A stretch of DNA of 64,000 nt from NCBI GenBank assembly GCA_028284225.1, contig JANQSD010000013.1, positions 136,422-200,421 on the forward strand, read 5' to 3'. This document shows positions 36,872 through 47,045 of this stretch, piece by piece. The stretch comes from Arenicellales bacterium. Lineage in GTDB: Bacteria > Pseudomonadota > Gammaproteobacteria > Arenicellales > JAHEKD01. Numbering within the stretch: the first letter of the stretch is position 1; every line of letters starts with the position of its first letter. Position numbers and translations under genes: made by a program. The notes below the pieces were generated by a model. The model searched no databases, had not been told where the DNA came from, and saw only the letters and a program-made list of their open reading frames with translations.

Positions 36872-38275
36872 ATGAAACAAGTTAGAACACGTTTTGCACC
36901 TTCTCCCACAGGTTATTTACATATCGGTGGTGTGCGAACTGCATTATTCTGTTGGCTTTATGCCCGTAAATATAACGGCCAATATATTTTACGTATTGAA
37001 GATACTGATAGAGAGAGATCAACACAGGCAGCAACCGATGCAATTATTGACGGCCTGGCCTGGTTAGGCCTAGATGCCGATGAAGGCCCTTTCTTTCAAT
37101 CGCAACGATTTGATCGTTATCGTGAGGTTGCCCAGCAACTCCTTGAGGCAGGACATGCCTATCATTGTTATTGCACCAAGGAAGAACTTGAAGCTATACG
37201 AGAACAACAGCAAAAAAACGGCGAAAAACCTCGTTATAACCGTTGTTGCCGCGAATTAACCACGCCCAAGCACAAAAATGTAAAGCCTGTTTTACGCTTT
37301 AAAACGCCTGTTGATGGCGAAGTGATTATTGACGACTTGGTGCATGGTCGGATCAAAGTTAGCAACCAGGAACTGGATGATTTCATCATTTTACGTAGCG
37401 ACAATACACCTACATATAATTTCACAGTCGTTGTCGATGATGCTGACATGGAAATTACGCATGTTATTCGTGGCGATGATCATATTAATAACACCCCCAA
37501 GCAGATTCATATTTTTAATGCGCTGGGTGTGAATATTCCTAAGTTTGCACATTTGCCCATGATCAATGGGCAAGATGGGCGCAAACTCTCAAAACGTCAC
37601 GGTGCTGTGAGCGTGCTTGAATATGAGCAAGAAGGGTACTTGCCGGAAGCCCTGTTAAATTATTTAGCCAGATTAGGCTGGTCGCATGGCGACCAGGAGT
37701 TATTCACTATAGAAGAAATGATTGAATACTTTGATATAACCAATGTCAACAAATCATCAGCTTCCTTTGATGTCGATAAATTACAATGGACTAATCAACA
37801 TCATCTAAAAAAAGCAGATTCATCGCGCCTGGCAAAGCTAATTGCAAAACGACTAAGCAATCAGAATATCAATATTGATACTAATGTTAACTTAAACAAT
37901 GTAGTAGATGTCTATCGAGAGAAAGTAAAGACATTGAAGGAACTGGCGGACTCAATTAGTTATTTATTCATGGATAAAGTTGTCTATGATCCACAAAGTG
38001 CTGATAAGTTTCTTAATGCTGAGAGTGTAACTACATTGGAGTCGGCCAGAGAAAAGCTGCTCTCTCATGAGCAGTGGCAGGTTGAACCTCTTGGCCAAAT
38101 GATCAAATCATTAGTCAAACAAACAGGCCTTAAATTTCCGTTGGTAGCACAACCACTTCGAGTAGCACTCACGGGTAGTACAAATTCACCTTCAATTGAT
38201 CAAACATTATGGTTAGTAGGTAAAGATAAAAGTCTGCAAAGACTAAGTGACGCCATTGACCATATAAACAAATAG
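36872..38275 (+). CDS. gltX: Glutamyl-tRNA synthetase
   Basis: 467 aa. Motifs 'RFAPSPTGYLHIGG' (HIGH) and 'KLSKRHG' (KMSKS). Confidence 0.95.
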   Translation: MKQVRTRFAPSPTGYLHIGGVRTALFCWLYARKYNGQYILRIEDTDRERSTQAATDAIIDGLAWLGLDADEGPFFQSQRFDRYREVAQQLLEAGHAYHCYCTKEELEAIREQQQKNGEKPRYNRCCRELTTPKHKNVKPVLRFKTPVDGEVIIDDLVHGRIKVSNQELDDFIILRSDNTPTYNFTVVVDDADMEITHVIRGDDHINNTPKQIHIFNALGVNIPKFAHLPMINGQDGRKLSKRHGAVSVLEYEQEGYLPEALLNYLARLGWSHGDQELFTIEEMIEYFDITNVNKSSASFDVDKLQWTNQHHLKKADSSRLAKLIAKRLSNQNINIDTNVNLNNVVDVYREKVKTLKELADSISYLFMDKVVYDPQSADKFLNAESVTTLESAREKLLSHEQWQVEPLGQMIKSLVKQTGLKFPLVAQPLRVALTGSTNSPSIDQTLWLVGKDKSLQRLSDAIDHINK

Positions 38276-38284
38276 AGGAAAACC

Positions 38285-40699
38285 ATGAAATCACACGCTC
38301 AGGTTGTTGTAATTGGTGGCGGTGTAGTCGGCTGCAGCGTTCTCTATCATTTGACCAAGTTTGGCTGGACAGATGTGCTGTTGCTCGAACGTTCAGAATT
38401 AACATCTGGCTCAACCTGGCATGCAGCAGGTGGATTCCATACTCTGAATGCGGATACCAATATGGCCGCACTTCAAGGCTACACCATTAAACTCTACAAA
38501 GAATTAGAGGAAATCTCGGGCCAAAGCTGTGGTTTACATCATGTAGGAGGACTGACTTTGGCCACCACTCCCGAGCGCATGGATTTTCTCAAAGCCGAAC
38601 GAGCCAAACATCGTTATATGGGATTGGAAACAGAAATTGTCGGACCGCAGGAAATTTCAAAGCTTTCGCCAATCACTAATACAGAGGGTGTAATCGGTGC
38701 GCTTTACGATCCACTAGACGGTCATCTGGACCCTTACGGCACCACGCATGCTTATGCCAAGGCAGCCAAACTGAATGGCGCTGAGATTCAACTTCGAACA
38801 AAAGTTGAGGCACTCGATCCAAAACCAGACGGAAGCTGGGAAATCGTCACCGACCAGGGCAATATCATAGCTGAATATGTAGTCAATGCGGCTGGTCTTT
38901 GGGCTAGAGAAATTGGTGAAATGGCTGGTGTTTATCTGCCTCTACACCCGATGGAGCACCAATATTTAGTCACAGATGAGATCGATATTATCATCAATCG
39001 TGAGCATGAATTACCACATGTGATGGACCCGACAGGGGAAAGTTATTTACGACAGGAAGGTAATGGATTGGTGATCGGTTTCTATGAACAGGCCTGTGTA
39101 CCTTGGGCGGTTGATGGTACGGATTGGAACTTCGGGCATGAATTATTAGAAGATGATTTAGATCGTATCGGTGATTCGCTGACAATTGCTTATCATCGCT
39201 TTCCGGTGTTAGAAACTGCAGGCTTAAAGCGTGTTATCAATGGCCCGTTTACCTTTGCACCGGATGGTAATCCGTTGGTTGGTCCGGTACCGGGGCTAAC
39301 AAATTTCTGGTCAGCGTGTGCCGTGATGGCAGGGTTTAGCCAGGGAGGTGGTGTTGGATTAACGCTTGCAGAATGGATGGTAGAAGGGCAGCCGTCACGT
39401 GATGTCTTCGCCATGGATGTGGCCCGGTTTGGCGACTATTGCACCAAGGACTACACCCGAATTAAAGTAACTGAGAACTATCAACGTCGTTTTGCCGTTT
39501 CTTACCCCAATGAGGAATTGCCGGCAGGCCGACCATTACATACCACACCTGCGTACGATATCTGGAAACAGCAAAACGCCGTTTTTGGCCAGGGATATGG
39601 CCTAGAGCATGTAAATTACTTTGCGCCAGCCGGCGAAGAACCGTATGAAATTCCCAGCTTTAGACGTTCTAATGCATTTGCCACTGTCAGCGAAGAGTGC
39701 AGAACCGTCAGAGAGGCAGTCGGCTTAAATGAAATCCATAATTTCAGCAAATTCAAAATCACCGGGGGAAATGCCCGGGCCTGGCTGGATAAAATCATGG
39801 CCGGACGAATTCCAAAACCAGGAAGAATTGCCTTAACGCCCATGTTAAACCATAAAGGTTTTTTGATAGGTGATTTCACCATCATGAATCTAGGTGATGG
39901 TGGCTTTCAACTGACAGCTTCTTATTCAGCTCAGGCCTTTCATCAGCGTTGGTTTGAGCAACATATGCAAGAGGGTGTTGAAATTGAAAATATTTCGCTG
40001 AATAAAATCGGCTTTCAAATTGCCGGACCTAAGGCAAGGGAATTATTATCTCGGATAACCGACTATGACGTATCACATGACAATTTCAAATTTTTGTCGG
40101 TTAAAGAAATTAACCTTGGGGATATAAGTGCTTTAGTTGCCCGAGTCAGCTATACCGGCGATCTTGGTTATGAAATCTATGTAGATGCAGAGCAACAACC
40201 AAAGCTATATGAACTTTTAACGACGGCAGGGCAGAATTTAGGACTTAAACCTTTTGGTATGCGGGCAATGATGAGCCTGCGCCTGGAAAAATCATTTGGC
40301 TCCTGGATGAATGAATTCAAGCCTGACTATACAGCCGCGGAGACAGGGCTAGATCGCTTTATCGATTTTGACAAGCCTGTGGCATTTATAGGTAAACAGG
40401 TTGCTACCGCTGAAAGGAATAACCCGCCGGCAAGACGGTTATGTACCATGATTGTTGAAGCCGATGATGCGGATGTCTGGGGTTATGAACCGGTCTGGAA
40501 AAATAACAAAGTCATTGGTTTTGTCACTTCAGGTGGCTACGCACACTATTCACAACAAAGTGTGGCTTTTGCACTGTTACCCAGAGAATTGATTAGCGAT
40601 GGAGAAGAATTTGAAATCGAAATCCTGGGCGAGCTCAAAAAAGCCCGGGTTTTTACTGAAACACTGTTTGATCCGCAATCATTAAGGCTTCGTAGTTAA
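38285..40699 (+). CDS. Dimethylglycine/sarcosine-dehydrogenase-family protein (DAO flavin domain fused to a GcvT-like folate domain)
   Basis: 804 aa. Motifs 'VVVIGGGVVGCSVLYHL' and 'SGSTWHAAGG' (position of the covalent-FAD His in DMGDH). The C-terminal half has 'SYTGDLGYEIY'. Confidence 0.85.
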   Translation: MKSHAQVVVIGGGVVGCSVLYHLTKFGWTDVLLLERSELTSGSTWHAAGGFHTLNADTNMAALQGYTIKLYKELEEISGQSCGLHHVGGLTLATTPERMDFLKAERAKHRYMGLETEIVGPQEISKLSPITNTEGVIGALYDPLDGHLDPYGTTHAYAKAAKLNGAEIQLRTKVEALDPKPDGSWEIVTDQGNIIAEYVVNAAGLWAREIGEMAGVYLPLHPMEHQYLVTDEIDIIINREHELPHVMDPTGESYLRQEGNGLVIGFYEQACVPWAVDGTDWNFGHELLEDDLDRIGDSLTIAYHRFPVLETAGLKRVINGPFTFAPDGNPLVGPVPGLTNFWSACAVMAGFSQGGGVGLTLAEWMVEGQPSRDVFAMDVARFGDYCTKDYTRIKVTENYQRRFAVSYPNEELPAGRPLHTTPAYDIWKQQNAVFGQGYGLEHVNYFAPAGEEPYEIPSFRRSNAFATVSEECRTVREAVGLNEIHNFSKFKITGGNARAWLDKIMAGRIPKPGRIALTPMLNHKGFLIGDFTIMNLGDGGFQLTASYSAQAFHQRWFEQHMQEGVEIENISLNKIGFQIAGPKARELLSRITDYDVSHDNFKFLSVKEINLGDISALVARVSYTGDLGYEIYVDAEQQPKLYELLTTAGQNLGLKPFGMRAMMSLRLEKSFGSWMNEFKPDYTAAETGLDRFIDFDKPVAFIGKQVATAERNNPPARRLCTMIVEADDADVWGYEPVWKNNKVIGFVTSGGYAHYSQQSVAFALLPRELISDGEEFEIEILGELKKARVFTETLFDPQSLRLRS

Positions 40700-40781
40700 T
40701 TGATTTTGAGCTCAACAATTTGGATTTATTCTGATTCCATTCATTAGGAAATGAAATGGGCATTAAAAAACACCCCTCCTG

Positions 40782-40937
40782 ACCTCCCCTGATAGGGGAG
40801 GAATTAATTCTCCCCTATTAGGGAAAGTTAGAGGGAGCAGTATAGACAAAAAAACTAATATAGCAATCTCGCGACAAATCCAATTTAAAACTATAAATCA
40901 TCCATTCTCCCCCTCTTAGGGGGAGTTAGAGGGGGTT
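40782..40937. repeat. Three CCCCT/AGGGG hairpin repeats
   Basis: CCTCCCCT-GAT-AGGGGAGG (40782-40800). TCTCCCCTATTAGGGAAAGTTAGAGGGAG (about 40808-40836). CTCCCCCT-CTT-AGGGGGAG-TTAGAGGGGG (about 40906-40935). The last two share the tail GTTAGAGGG. Confidence 0.6.
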
Positions 40938-40967
40938 AAAAATCATAAGCTTTAAATTATGCGTTAA

Positions 40968-41705
40968 TCATCTTGTAGACCACATTCGATTTTTCCTGTT
41001 TTTTAATCGATCACTTTTTTCACCTTTAAGCCTATCCCAGATTTGTAAACCGGCGTGCTTTTCTACATCAACTGTTGGTACAAGAAAGTCTTTCAATTGC
41101 TTATTATCAGCTTTGTGATTTGGGATAATGAATGACCACATTTCCAGCTGACCGGTAGCTTTTGGCTTAGCCCTTTCTGCCAGTATAGATTTAAAATAGG
41201 CATCCGGCACGACAACATTATTGGCGCCTATAACTTCAATTTTGTCACCGATTTTAAACAATGGGCCACAAATACTATAGACTTCATGATATTGATCCTT
41301 TTCTGAAAGAGTTCGTACCGCTTTTTCTAAATCCAGCCAGATTTTGCGATTAAAATTTGGTTTTTGCGGACTCATATTACTTAACAGAAAGGTTTCGCTA
41401 TTTATTATTTTTGAATTACGTTTATCGGCGCTGTTAATTAAATGACCCCGGTCATAACCGGAACCGCGATAATCCTCAAGAGTTGAGCGAAACTTTTCAG
41501 GAATTCTCAAATCTTCACGGAAATTGTCAAGTCGATCAAAATCGTCTTCCATATCTTTGGTTTGATCATCAATTAATTGCATTGCCCAACGAGGCTGACG
41601 AAAAAGAAAAGAATAGCCAACTACATACTGACGGTTAAACAAAAATAAATCTGCGGTAGGTAGACCATACCTGGTCTCTGGCCTAAGACTGGGTAACTCC
41701 AGCAT
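40968..41705 (-). CDS. DNA/RNA non-specific endonuclease (Endonuclease_NS / NucA-EndoG family)
   Basis: 245 aa. Motifs 'GYDRGHL' (DRGH) and 'LLSNMSPQ' (metal-binding Asn region). No N-terminal signal peptide is visible. Confidence 0.8.
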   Translation of the reverse strand: MLELPSLRPETRYGLPTADLFLFNRQYVVGYSFLFRQPRWAMQLIDDQTKDMEDDFDRLDNFREDLRIPEKFRSTLEDYRGSGYDRGHLINSADKRNSKIINSETFLLSNMSPQKPNFNRKIWLDLEKAVRTLSEKDQYHEVYSICGPLFKIGDKIEVIGANNVVVPDAYFKSILAERAKPKATGQLEMWSFIIPNHKADNKQLKDFLVPTVDVEKHAGLQIWDRLKGEKSDRLKNRKNRMWSTR

Positions 41706-41767
41706 TTTGATCCTCCAACTTTAGTTATATATTTTTATAACCGCCTCATTATACTTCGGTTAAAACA

Positions 41768-41798
41768 TAAAAAAAGCGCCGTTAAAACGGCGCTTTTC
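41768..41798 (-). terminator. Rho-independent (bidirectional-looking) terminator after the antiporter gene
   Basis: AGCGCCG-TTAAAA-CGGCGCT is flanked by a 7-A run on one side and TTTT on the other. It lies 16 nt downstream of the stop at 41814. Confidence 0.75.
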
Positions 41799-41813
41799 TC
41801 AGAATGCAGTTAC

Positions 41814-43289
41814 CTAATGCGTGTCGTCATCAGGTACATAGCGTTTACGCTCCTCATCCATTCTGGCTTTATGTTCCGCCATATCAGCAGGGACATGAGC
41901 CACTTCCGGACGCGATAACTCAATACCAAACAGCTTAAATTGCTTAAAGCCCAGGTAATAAGGTTTCCACCATTTAAGTACTATCGGAACGGTAATATTA
42001 AGCATAAAGCATGCAAACATCAGAGTATAAAATTCTTCAACGCCAATGATCTTCTCCTGAACAAAGGCGATGTTAATGACAATGAAAGCGAGTTCGGCCC
42101 TCCCTAACATACCGAATCCGATCATGACACTTTCATGCCATTTGTAATTACCCGTGAACCTGGCTGAGATGGATGCGGACACCACCTGAAAAACCACCAC
42201 TGTAACAAATAACAGAAATGCCACAGGCAAGACCTTAAGCATTACCTCAAGGTCAAAGATCAACTTGCCACCTAAGTTAACAAAAAAGATTGGGCCAAAA
42301 ATGGTAAATGCCAAATGCTCAATCACATGGTTAGCGTCATGAAAGTGATCATCTTCTTCGATATATTTTTCACCTTGCTCGTTAGTTTTTTCCTTGCTAA
42401 ATATAAAATACTCACGATGAAAAAACAGACCGGCAAAATAAGCGCCGATAGCTGGATGAAATCCTAATTCATAAGCGGTAACACCGGCTATCATTCCGAA
42501 AAACAACATAATAAGCGGTGTGAATTCACCTTGATGGACGAGTAAAATTTTTCGAACACCAATCTTGGCTATGAAACGAGAGAAAGCATGTGAAATACGC
42601 TGAAAAATATTAGCATCTGCTGGTAGTTCCCTCGGTGCACGCTCTGGAAATGCAATCAAACCAAGAAACAATGTGATCGCGAAAAATATGATGACTTTAA
42701 AAATTATCCAGGATATCTCAGCAAAGCCAACACCACCTTCAACACCACCTGCTGAACTAGCCACGATCAGTGGAATCAAAATTGCCACACCAACCAAAGA
42801 GGCTACATCGTCAATAATTGCAGCAGTCATAATACCTGTTGCAGCCGTTGATTTATGCATTAGATCGCCACGCAAACTCATCATAGTCAGACTCACTGCA
42901 GTAGCAGTCATGGTCAAACCCCAGAGCATACAAATGTTATGCTCGTATCCCATAAGAGTGGCTACACCATAGCCGGCAAGAAAAGGAAACAGGGCACCAA
43001 AGAACGCAACACCGATAGAACGCCTTAAGCCTTGCGTAAAGCGATTGAGATCCTCCTCAAGTCCCAAAGCGAACATAATAAACAGAATTCCCCACTCACC
43101 AATGGTTTCCAAGGATTCGTTATGTTCAGGTAATAAACCGAGATTTGTCAGAATAGATCCGAAAACGATCAACCACAATACATCTACGGTCTTGGTTGTT
43201 TTACTGATCAGTTTGGAAACAACGACAACAATAAATACAATTGCTGAATATTCCCAAATAGTAAAACCAGTGCTATCTCCTGTTGTCAT
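41814..43289 (-). CDS. Cation:proton antiporter (Na+/H+ exchanger family, CPA)
   Basis: 491 aa with about 12 TM segments and a short charged cytoplasmic tail. Confidence 0.75.
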   Translation of the reverse strand: MTTGDSTGFTIWEYSAIVFIVVVVSKLISKTTKTVDVLWLIVFGSILTNLGLLPEHNESLETIGEWGILFIMFALGLEEDLNRFTQGLRRSIGVAFFGALFPFLAGYGVATLMGYEHNICMLWGLTMTATAVSLTMMSLRGDLMHKSTAATGIMTAAIIDDVASLVGVAILIPLIVASSAGGVEGGVGFAEISWIIFKVIIFFAITLFLGLIAFPERAPRELPADANIFQRISHAFSRFIAKIGVRKILLVHQGEFTPLIMLFFGMIAGVTAYELGFHPAIGAYFAGLFFHREYFIFSKEKTNEQGEKYIEEDDHFHDANHVIEHLAFTIFGPIFFVNLGGKLIFDLEVMLKVLPVAFLLFVTVVVFQVVSASISARFTGNYKWHESVMIGFGMLGRAELAFIVINIAFVQEKIIGVEEFYTLMFACFMLNITVPIVLKWWKPYYLGFKQFKLFGIELSRPEVAHVPADMAEHKARMDEERKRYVPDDDTH

Positions 43290-43427
43290 GCTAATTCCTC
43301 TGCTCGTTAATTTTTTACATCTTAAAAACTCTCAATGTAATTCTAACATTTGAGATTCCTCGATGTTGGTTAACCATATAAACTTTTTTACTTATCTGCA
43401 AGCCTGCAAACGGCATGCATATTCTCA

Positions 43428-44285
43428 TCAAATCAATGATTGACGAACTGTCTGTAAATAGATTTCTCTTAGTTTTAAAGTCAGTTCACCCGGCTTGCCG
43501 TCAGTGATAGTTTGATCATCGACTCTGGTCACCGGAATGATATAGCTTGAGGCACCGGTAATGAATGCTTCATCAGCATCATATACATGCTCCAGTTTGA
43601 ATTTGCACTCAGAAATTTCAAGCTTGTTTTGTTCAGCCAAAGTGACCACAGCTTTCCTTGTCACTCCAGGTAAAATTTTATTTGAGAGGGGACGAGTCAT
43701 AATCATCTTATTCTTAATCATAAAAAAACTGGTAGCACCACCTTCTGTAACAAAACCATCTTCGTCAATTAACAGCGCCTCATAGGCACCTGATTCACAG
43801 GCTTGTTGCTTGGCCAAAACCTGACCAAGGAGATTGACAGATTTAATATCACGCCTAGCCCAACGCAGATCTTTGCAGCTGGATAACTTAACACCGTGAT
43901 TTTCATATTTATGCTCTGTATTAGGTTTGGCTTGAGTAAACATAAAGACAGTAGGCGTTAACCCTTGTTGCCAGACAAAATCACGTTCTGCTTCACCTCT
44001 GGTGATCTGCATATAGACCAAGCCTTCTTGGAGCGTGTTTAATGAAACCAGTTTTCTATAAGCAACCAAAATTTCATCTTCAGTCAACGGTGATTCGATA
44101 GACAATGCCGCTAACGAATTTTTAAGTCGAGCCATATGATTAGAAAAATCAATCAATTTACCGTCTAAAACACCAGCCACTTCATAGACAGCGTCGCCAA
44201 ATAATAGCCCCCGATCAAAAATTGATACCTTTGCCCGCTGCGGAGCTAAATATTCACCATTTAAATATACTGTACGCGTCGCCAT
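43428..44285 (-). CDS. Class-IV aminotransferase, D-amino-acid aminotransferase-like
   Basis: 285 aa. Motifs 'VYLNGEYL...AKVSIFDRGLLFGDAVYEV', 'RWARRDIKSVNLL' and 'EGGATSFF'. Confidence 0.8.
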   Translation of the reverse strand: MATRTVYLNGEYLAPQRAKVSIFDRGLLFGDAVYEVAGVLDGKLIDFSNHMARLKNSLAALSIESPLTEDEILVAYRKLVSLNTLQEGLVYMQITRGEAERDFVWQQGLTPTVFMFTQAKPNTEHKYENHGVKLSSCKDLRWARRDIKSVNLLGQVLAKQQACESGAYEALLIDEDGFVTEGGATSFFMIKNKMIMTRPLSNKILPGVTRKAVVTLAEQNKLEISECKFKLEHVYDADEAFITGASSYIIPVTRVDDQTITDGKPGELTLKLREIYLQTVRQSLI

Positions 44286-44287
44286 CT

Positions 44288-45730
44288 TTAGTGCCTTAAA
44301 AACTGTCCAGGACGGTGTTCAGTTGAGGCGCCGTGCTGCCATACAGGTTTACCATTTACAAATACACTATGAATACCCTTGGTTGGCTGTTCCGGATCAT
44401 CAAAATCGGCCAAATCTTCAATGGTTTGTGAATCGAAAATAACCATGTCAGCATAATATCCGGGTTTGAGTAAACCGCGATCTTTGAGCGTAAATGTTTG
44501 AGCGCTTAGCCCGGTCATTTTATGTATTGCCTGCTCAAGTGTTAACAGTTTTTGCTCACGTACATAGCGTTTCAAAACCCTTGGAAATGTTGCCCAAAGC
44601 CGGGGATGCGGTTTTTCATGGCCAGGTAATCCATCAGAACCGATCATGGTGCTTGGATAACTCATAATTCGTTTTAAATCTTCTTCATCCATTTGAAAAT
44701 AAATGGCGCCGGCTGGATAAAGCTTCTGTGCTGCCTGCTTTTGACTGCAATTCCAAGCTAAAGCTATTTCACCCAATAGACGGCCGTTCTGTTCCGGATG
44801 AGGCTTGGACCAGCTTACAATCACTTTTTCAGCATTATCAATAAAGCGTGGTAGCAGCGTTGTCGAGCTAGCGATATACGGATAAACATCCAGAGCGACG
44901 TCTTGACCGTTTTCCTGGGCAAGCCTGATTTTTGCTAATGTCTCAACGCTACGACCATAATTTTTGGGACCCGCACACTTGTGATGAGAAATAACAATAG
45001 CTGTCTTTGACTTCTTACCAATGACTAATGCTTCTTCAACAGCCTCAAGCACACCATCACATTCATCGCGTATGTGCGAGGTATAGATCGCCGACTCAAA
45101 CTCATTCAAAACCTTGGCTAATTCAATAATTTCGTCAGTAGATGATTGCAGGGCAGGTGGGTAATCCAGTCCAGTACTTAAACCTATACAGCCTTGTTGC
45201 AACGCCAGCTTCAGGTCTGCTTTCATTTGGTTGAGTTCAGATTCTTCAGCTGTTCGCTCAAATCCACTATTCATGGCCTTAACACGCAATGAACTATGAC
45301 CCGCTAACAGGGCAACATTGGTAGCGGCCGGGGACGTTTCAAATTTATCGCGATAATCCGAGACACGGGGAAAAACGAAATCCTTTTGTTCACCCAGCAA
45401 CGGAAAAGGAGCTGGAAATTCTCCTTGAGCTTGAAATGGAGCCAGGCTAATACCACAATTACCGGCCACTACTGTAGTGACACCCTGCGAAACCTTGAAG
45501 GGCATAGCAGGTGTTTTTAATAATGCTGAATCATCATGGGTATGAACATCGATAAAACCCGGTGAAACACACCAGCCGTTGGCGTCAATTTTCTCATCCG
45601 CCTGATAGTGATTTAGCGCTCCGATTTCGATAATTCGATCTGTTTCTATAGCAATATCAGCTTGGTAGGCTGCATTACCGCTGCCATCAATAATAGTGGC
45701 GTTAGTAATCTTAAGGTGGCAGCGGGGCAT
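44288..45730 (-). CDS. N-acyl-D-amino-acid deacylase (D-aminoacylase) family amidohydrolase
   Basis: 480 aa. Motifs 'ATIIDGSGNAAYQADIAIETDRIIEIG...VSPGFIDVHTHDD' and 'QGVTTVVAGNCGISLAP'. Confidence 0.8.
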   Translation of the reverse strand: MPRCHLKITNATIIDGSGNAAYQADIAIETDRIIEIGALNHYQADEKIDANGWCVSPGFIDVHTHDDSALLKTPAMPFKVSQGVTTVVAGNCGISLAPFQAQGEFPAPFPLLGEQKDFVFPRVSDYRDKFETSPAATNVALLAGHSSLRVKAMNSGFERTAEESELNQMKADLKLALQQGCIGLSTGLDYPPALQSSTDEIIELAKVLNEFESAIYTSHIRDECDGVLEAVEEALVIGKKSKTAIVISHHKCAGPKNYGRSVETLAKIRLAQENGQDVALDVYPYIASSTTLLPRFIDNAEKVIVSWSKPHPEQNGRLLGEIALAWNCSQKQAAQKLYPAGAIYFQMDEEDLKRIMSYPSTMIGSDGLPGHEKPHPRLWATFPRVLKRYVREQKLLTLEQAIHKMTGLSAQTFTLKDRGLLKPGYYADMVIFDSQTIEDLADFDDPEQPTKGIHSVFVNGKPVWQHGASTEHRPGQFLRH

Positions 45731-47031
45731 TAACCCAAAACCGAAAAACTGCTATCCGGGTTAATTTCACGATTACGAGAGAAAAAACCCAGGTTTAAAT
45801 CAAAACCAATATGCTTGAGGCGAAAATGTACCGGGTTCGAATCATGGTCACGACCGTTTTCACATTCTGAAATTAGCTTAGCCATCATTTCACCGGCAAT
45901 TGGTGCATTTTTGTATTGGTTACCACTGGTACCACAGGCCATGTAAAAGCCCTTAACAAAACTTTTATCATAGATCGGTATCCAGTCCTCAGTCACATCA
46001 TAAAGCTCAACCACACCTTTTGCCTGCCCGGGAATTTCCATATCCGTAACCCGTTGTGCAGCACGCATTGCTAAGGTATTCCAGTGTGAACTAAAGTTAC
46101 GATCAAAATCATCCGGATCTACCCATTCTTTGTTATCACAATCTGGGTCTTCACTACCAACCAGAATATGATTGCCAATTTCCGGTCTTAGATAAGCACC
46201 GATATCATTATCGGACACCACACAACCATCATGTTCAAAATCATAAGCTTTAGGCGCAGGGACATGGGCAACCTCATGACGCAAGGCTCGAGTAGAAATT
46301 TTCATGTCAGCGGTAACACCGGCCATTTCATTAATAATTGAAGAATGGGGGCCAGCAACATTAACAAGGACGCTAGTACTAATAATTTGCTCAGCGTTTA
46401 ATATCACAGCGGTAATTTGGTTACTTGTTATCTGGATATCAGTAACAGCAGTATTAAATCTGAACTCGACACCTGCAGCTTCGGCTGCACATTGAACATT
46501 ATGTGCCGATAATTGCGGGTCACTAACGTAACCACCGTGCGGGAAAAATACAGCACCTGTAACCGTGCTGCCATTGGAAGTACCGAAATCCGGGTGCTCG
46601 GGGGGCTTGGCTGGTGTATAGGATTTCATGTTGATTAAGGGCAAACGTTCCTGCACCTGGTCAGTGGTTAATTCTTCATAAGGACAACCGATCTCATCCA
46701 TGATTTTTATAGTCGGTTTTAGATGCCCGTTTTCTTCGGTTTTCATCACCAGGCAACCACAATCATGATAGATTACATTGCCTTTTTCATCCTCTAAACC
46801 TAGATATTGGTCCCAGTTTTTCCAGTAAAAATGACTTTCATAGGCTAAGGCTGAACCTTCTACAGTTGAATAATAGGGTCTAATAATGGCACATGAACCA
46901 CTGGTCGAACCATAACCTGCAGCCGGCAGTTTATCGACACAGAGTGTTTTGTAACCTGACATAGCTAATTGGTAAGCTGTTGATGTACCAATAATTCCTG
47001 CACCGATGACTACAGCATCGTAATTACTCAT
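45730..47031 (-). CDS. DAO-family FAD-dependent oxidoreductase (sarcosine-oxidase-beta / D-amino-acid-dehydrogenase-like)
   Basis: 433 aa. 'YDAVVIGAGIIGTSTAYQLA' is present. Its stop shares 1 nt with the D-aminoacylase start (TAATG). Confidence 0.8.
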   Translation of the reverse strand: MSNYDAVVIGAGIIGTSTAYQLAMSGYKTLCVDKLPAAGYGSTSGSCAIIRPYYSTVEGSALAYESHFYWKNWDQYLGLEDEKGNVIYHDCGCLVMKTEENGHLKPTIKIMDEIGCPYEELTTDQVQERLPLINMKSYTPAKPPEHPDFGTSNGSTVTGAVFFPHGGYVSDPQLSAHNVQCAAEAAGVEFRFNTAVTDIQITSNQITAVILNAEQIISTSVLVNVAGPHSSIINEMAGVTADMKISTRALRHEVAHVPAPKAYDFEHDGCVVSDNDIGAYLRPEIGNHILVGSEDPDCDNKEWVDPDDFDRNFSSHWNTLAMRAAQRVTDMEIPGQAKGVVELYDVTEDWIPIYDKSFVKGFYMACGTSGNQYKNAPIAGEMMAKLISECENGRDHDSNPVHFRLKHIGFDLNLGFFSRNREINPDSSFSVLG

Positions 47032-47045
47032 AATAACTCCATTAT

